A stretch of 64,000 nt of DNA, from NCBI GenBank assembly GCA_963739455.1, contig CAVUAK010000001.1:1792001-1856000 (forward strand). The letters are read 5' to 3'. The translations under genes and the position numbers were made by a program. The notes beneath the pieces were generated by a model. The model made no database searches, was not told the origin of the DNA, and worked only from the letters and a program-made list of their open reading frames with translations. Below, one piece after another: positions 63,059 through 64,000 of the stretch (positions are counted from its first letter, which is position 1; every line of letters starts with the position of its first letter). This DNA comes from an uncultured Gemmatimonadales bacterium. GTDB taxonomy: Bacteria; Gemmatimonadota; Gemmatimonadetes; Gemmatimonadales; GWC2-71-9.

Positions 63059-64000
63059 ATGTCATTCGTTCGCGCGTCGCTGGGACTGGCGGCGCTTGCC
63101 CTGAGCGTCCCAGGGCTGGTGCAGGCCCAGAAGCAGTTCACCCTGTCAGGCAATGACGTCGCCATCTACAACCTTGCCGGCACCGTGAGTGTTGCGGCCG
63201 GTCGGGGTGACGCGGTGACGGTGGCCGTCACCCCCAAGGGCAGCGATGCCGACAAGCTCACCTTTGGCGAGGGCACGGTCCGCGGACGGAACGCGCTCCG
63301 GGTTCTGTATCCGACCGATCGCATCATCTACGATGGCATGGGGCGTGGGAGCAGCACGGAACTCTCGGTGCGGAGCGACGGGACCTTCGGCGGCGACAAT
63401 GAGGACCGGCACGGTAACCGCGGGGGACGGGTCCGGATTACCGGCTCCGGCTCGGGTCTCGAGGCGCACGCCGACATCATCATCAGCGTGCCAGAGGGAA
63501 AGAGCGTAAACGTCTACCTGGGCGTGGGCGACATCACGGCGTCCAACGTGAAGGGCAACCTCCGGCTCGATACCTCCAGTGGCCGCGTGGATGTCAGCGG
63601 TATCAAGGGTGATCTCGGCATCGACACCGGCTCGGGTGACGTCAAGGTGACTGGGGCTTCCGGAAGCTCGGTCTCCATCGACAGCGGCTCGGGCGAGGTG
63701 AATGGAACGGACATCAAGGCGACCTCGCTTGACGTGGATACCGGGTCGGGCGATGTGGAGCTGAGTGACGTGACGTCGGAGGATATCTCGATCGATACCG
63801 GCAGCGGTTCAGTGAACCTCGGGCTCACGACCGCGGTCGACAAGCTGAAGGTGGATACCGGGTCGGGCAATGTGACGATCGCGGTGCCGGGCTCACTCAG
63901 CGCCCAGGTCGCCATAGAGACGGGGAGCGGGGACATCACCACCGATTTCCCGATCCAGGTGCGCAAGACCGGCGGCGATGAACTGATCGGGACAATCGGT
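63059..64000 (+). CDS. DUF4097 beta-strand-repeat (putative adhesin) protein, truncated by the window end
   Basis: GGAGG RBS, signal peptide MSFVRASLGLAALALSVPG, repeated DTGSGDV motifs. Confidence 0.88.
   Translation, partial: MSFVRASLGLAALALSVPGLVQAQKQFTLSGNDVAIYNLAGTVSVAAGRGDAVTVAVTPKGSDADKLTFGEGTVRGRNALRVLYPTDRIIYDGMGRGSSTELSVRSDGTFGGDNEDRHGNRGGRVRITGSGSGLEAHADIIISVPEGKSVNVYLGVGDITASNVKGNLRLDTSSGRVDVSGIKGDLGIDTGSGDVKVTGASGSSVSIDSGSGEVNGTDIKATSLDVDTGSGDVELSDVTSEDISIDTGSGSVNLGLTTAVDKLKVDTGSGNVTIAVPGSLSAQVAIETGSGDITTDFPIQVRKTGGDELIGTIG

Overview
High-GC bacterial chromosomal segment, most likely Gemmatimonadota. This is inferred from the membrane Ser/Thr kinase with PD40 propellers and the general gene repertoire. 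Content is mostly housekeeping and envelope genes: glycine oxidase, glycosyltransferases, a POT peptide transporter, a Rieske oxygenase, cydAB, a TonB-dependent receptor, mscL, msrA, a dpp/opp-type ABC operon, lipoate ligase-gcvP-gcvH-coaE-tdk, HU, a PTPS-folE-SDR pterin operon, fadD and tldD/pmbA. Many genes at about 2.6-7.1 kb and 19.7-34 kb carry single-base frameshifts that are probably assembly indels. Highlights: (1) a four-helix-bundle (23S-IVP/Avd-like) gene inserted antisense between tdk and coaE, bracketed by inverted arrays of degenerate 8-mer repeats that abut the tdk stop and coaE start exactly, with orphan 7/8-mer arrays elsewhere in the window; (2) a contiguous archaeal-style nurA-herA-mre11(sbcD)-rad50(sbcC) cluster followed by a GNAT; (3) a probable 6S RNA with its own sigma70 promoter and terminator; (4) two pairs of candidate operator palindromes next to poorly characterised regulators (ABATE/CGNR and a stand-alone wHTH); (5) a DEAD-box-like protein lacking its catalytic motifs. 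No CRISPR array, rRNA, tRNA, transposase or integrase was recognised. All calls come from reading motifs by eye; no database searches were run.
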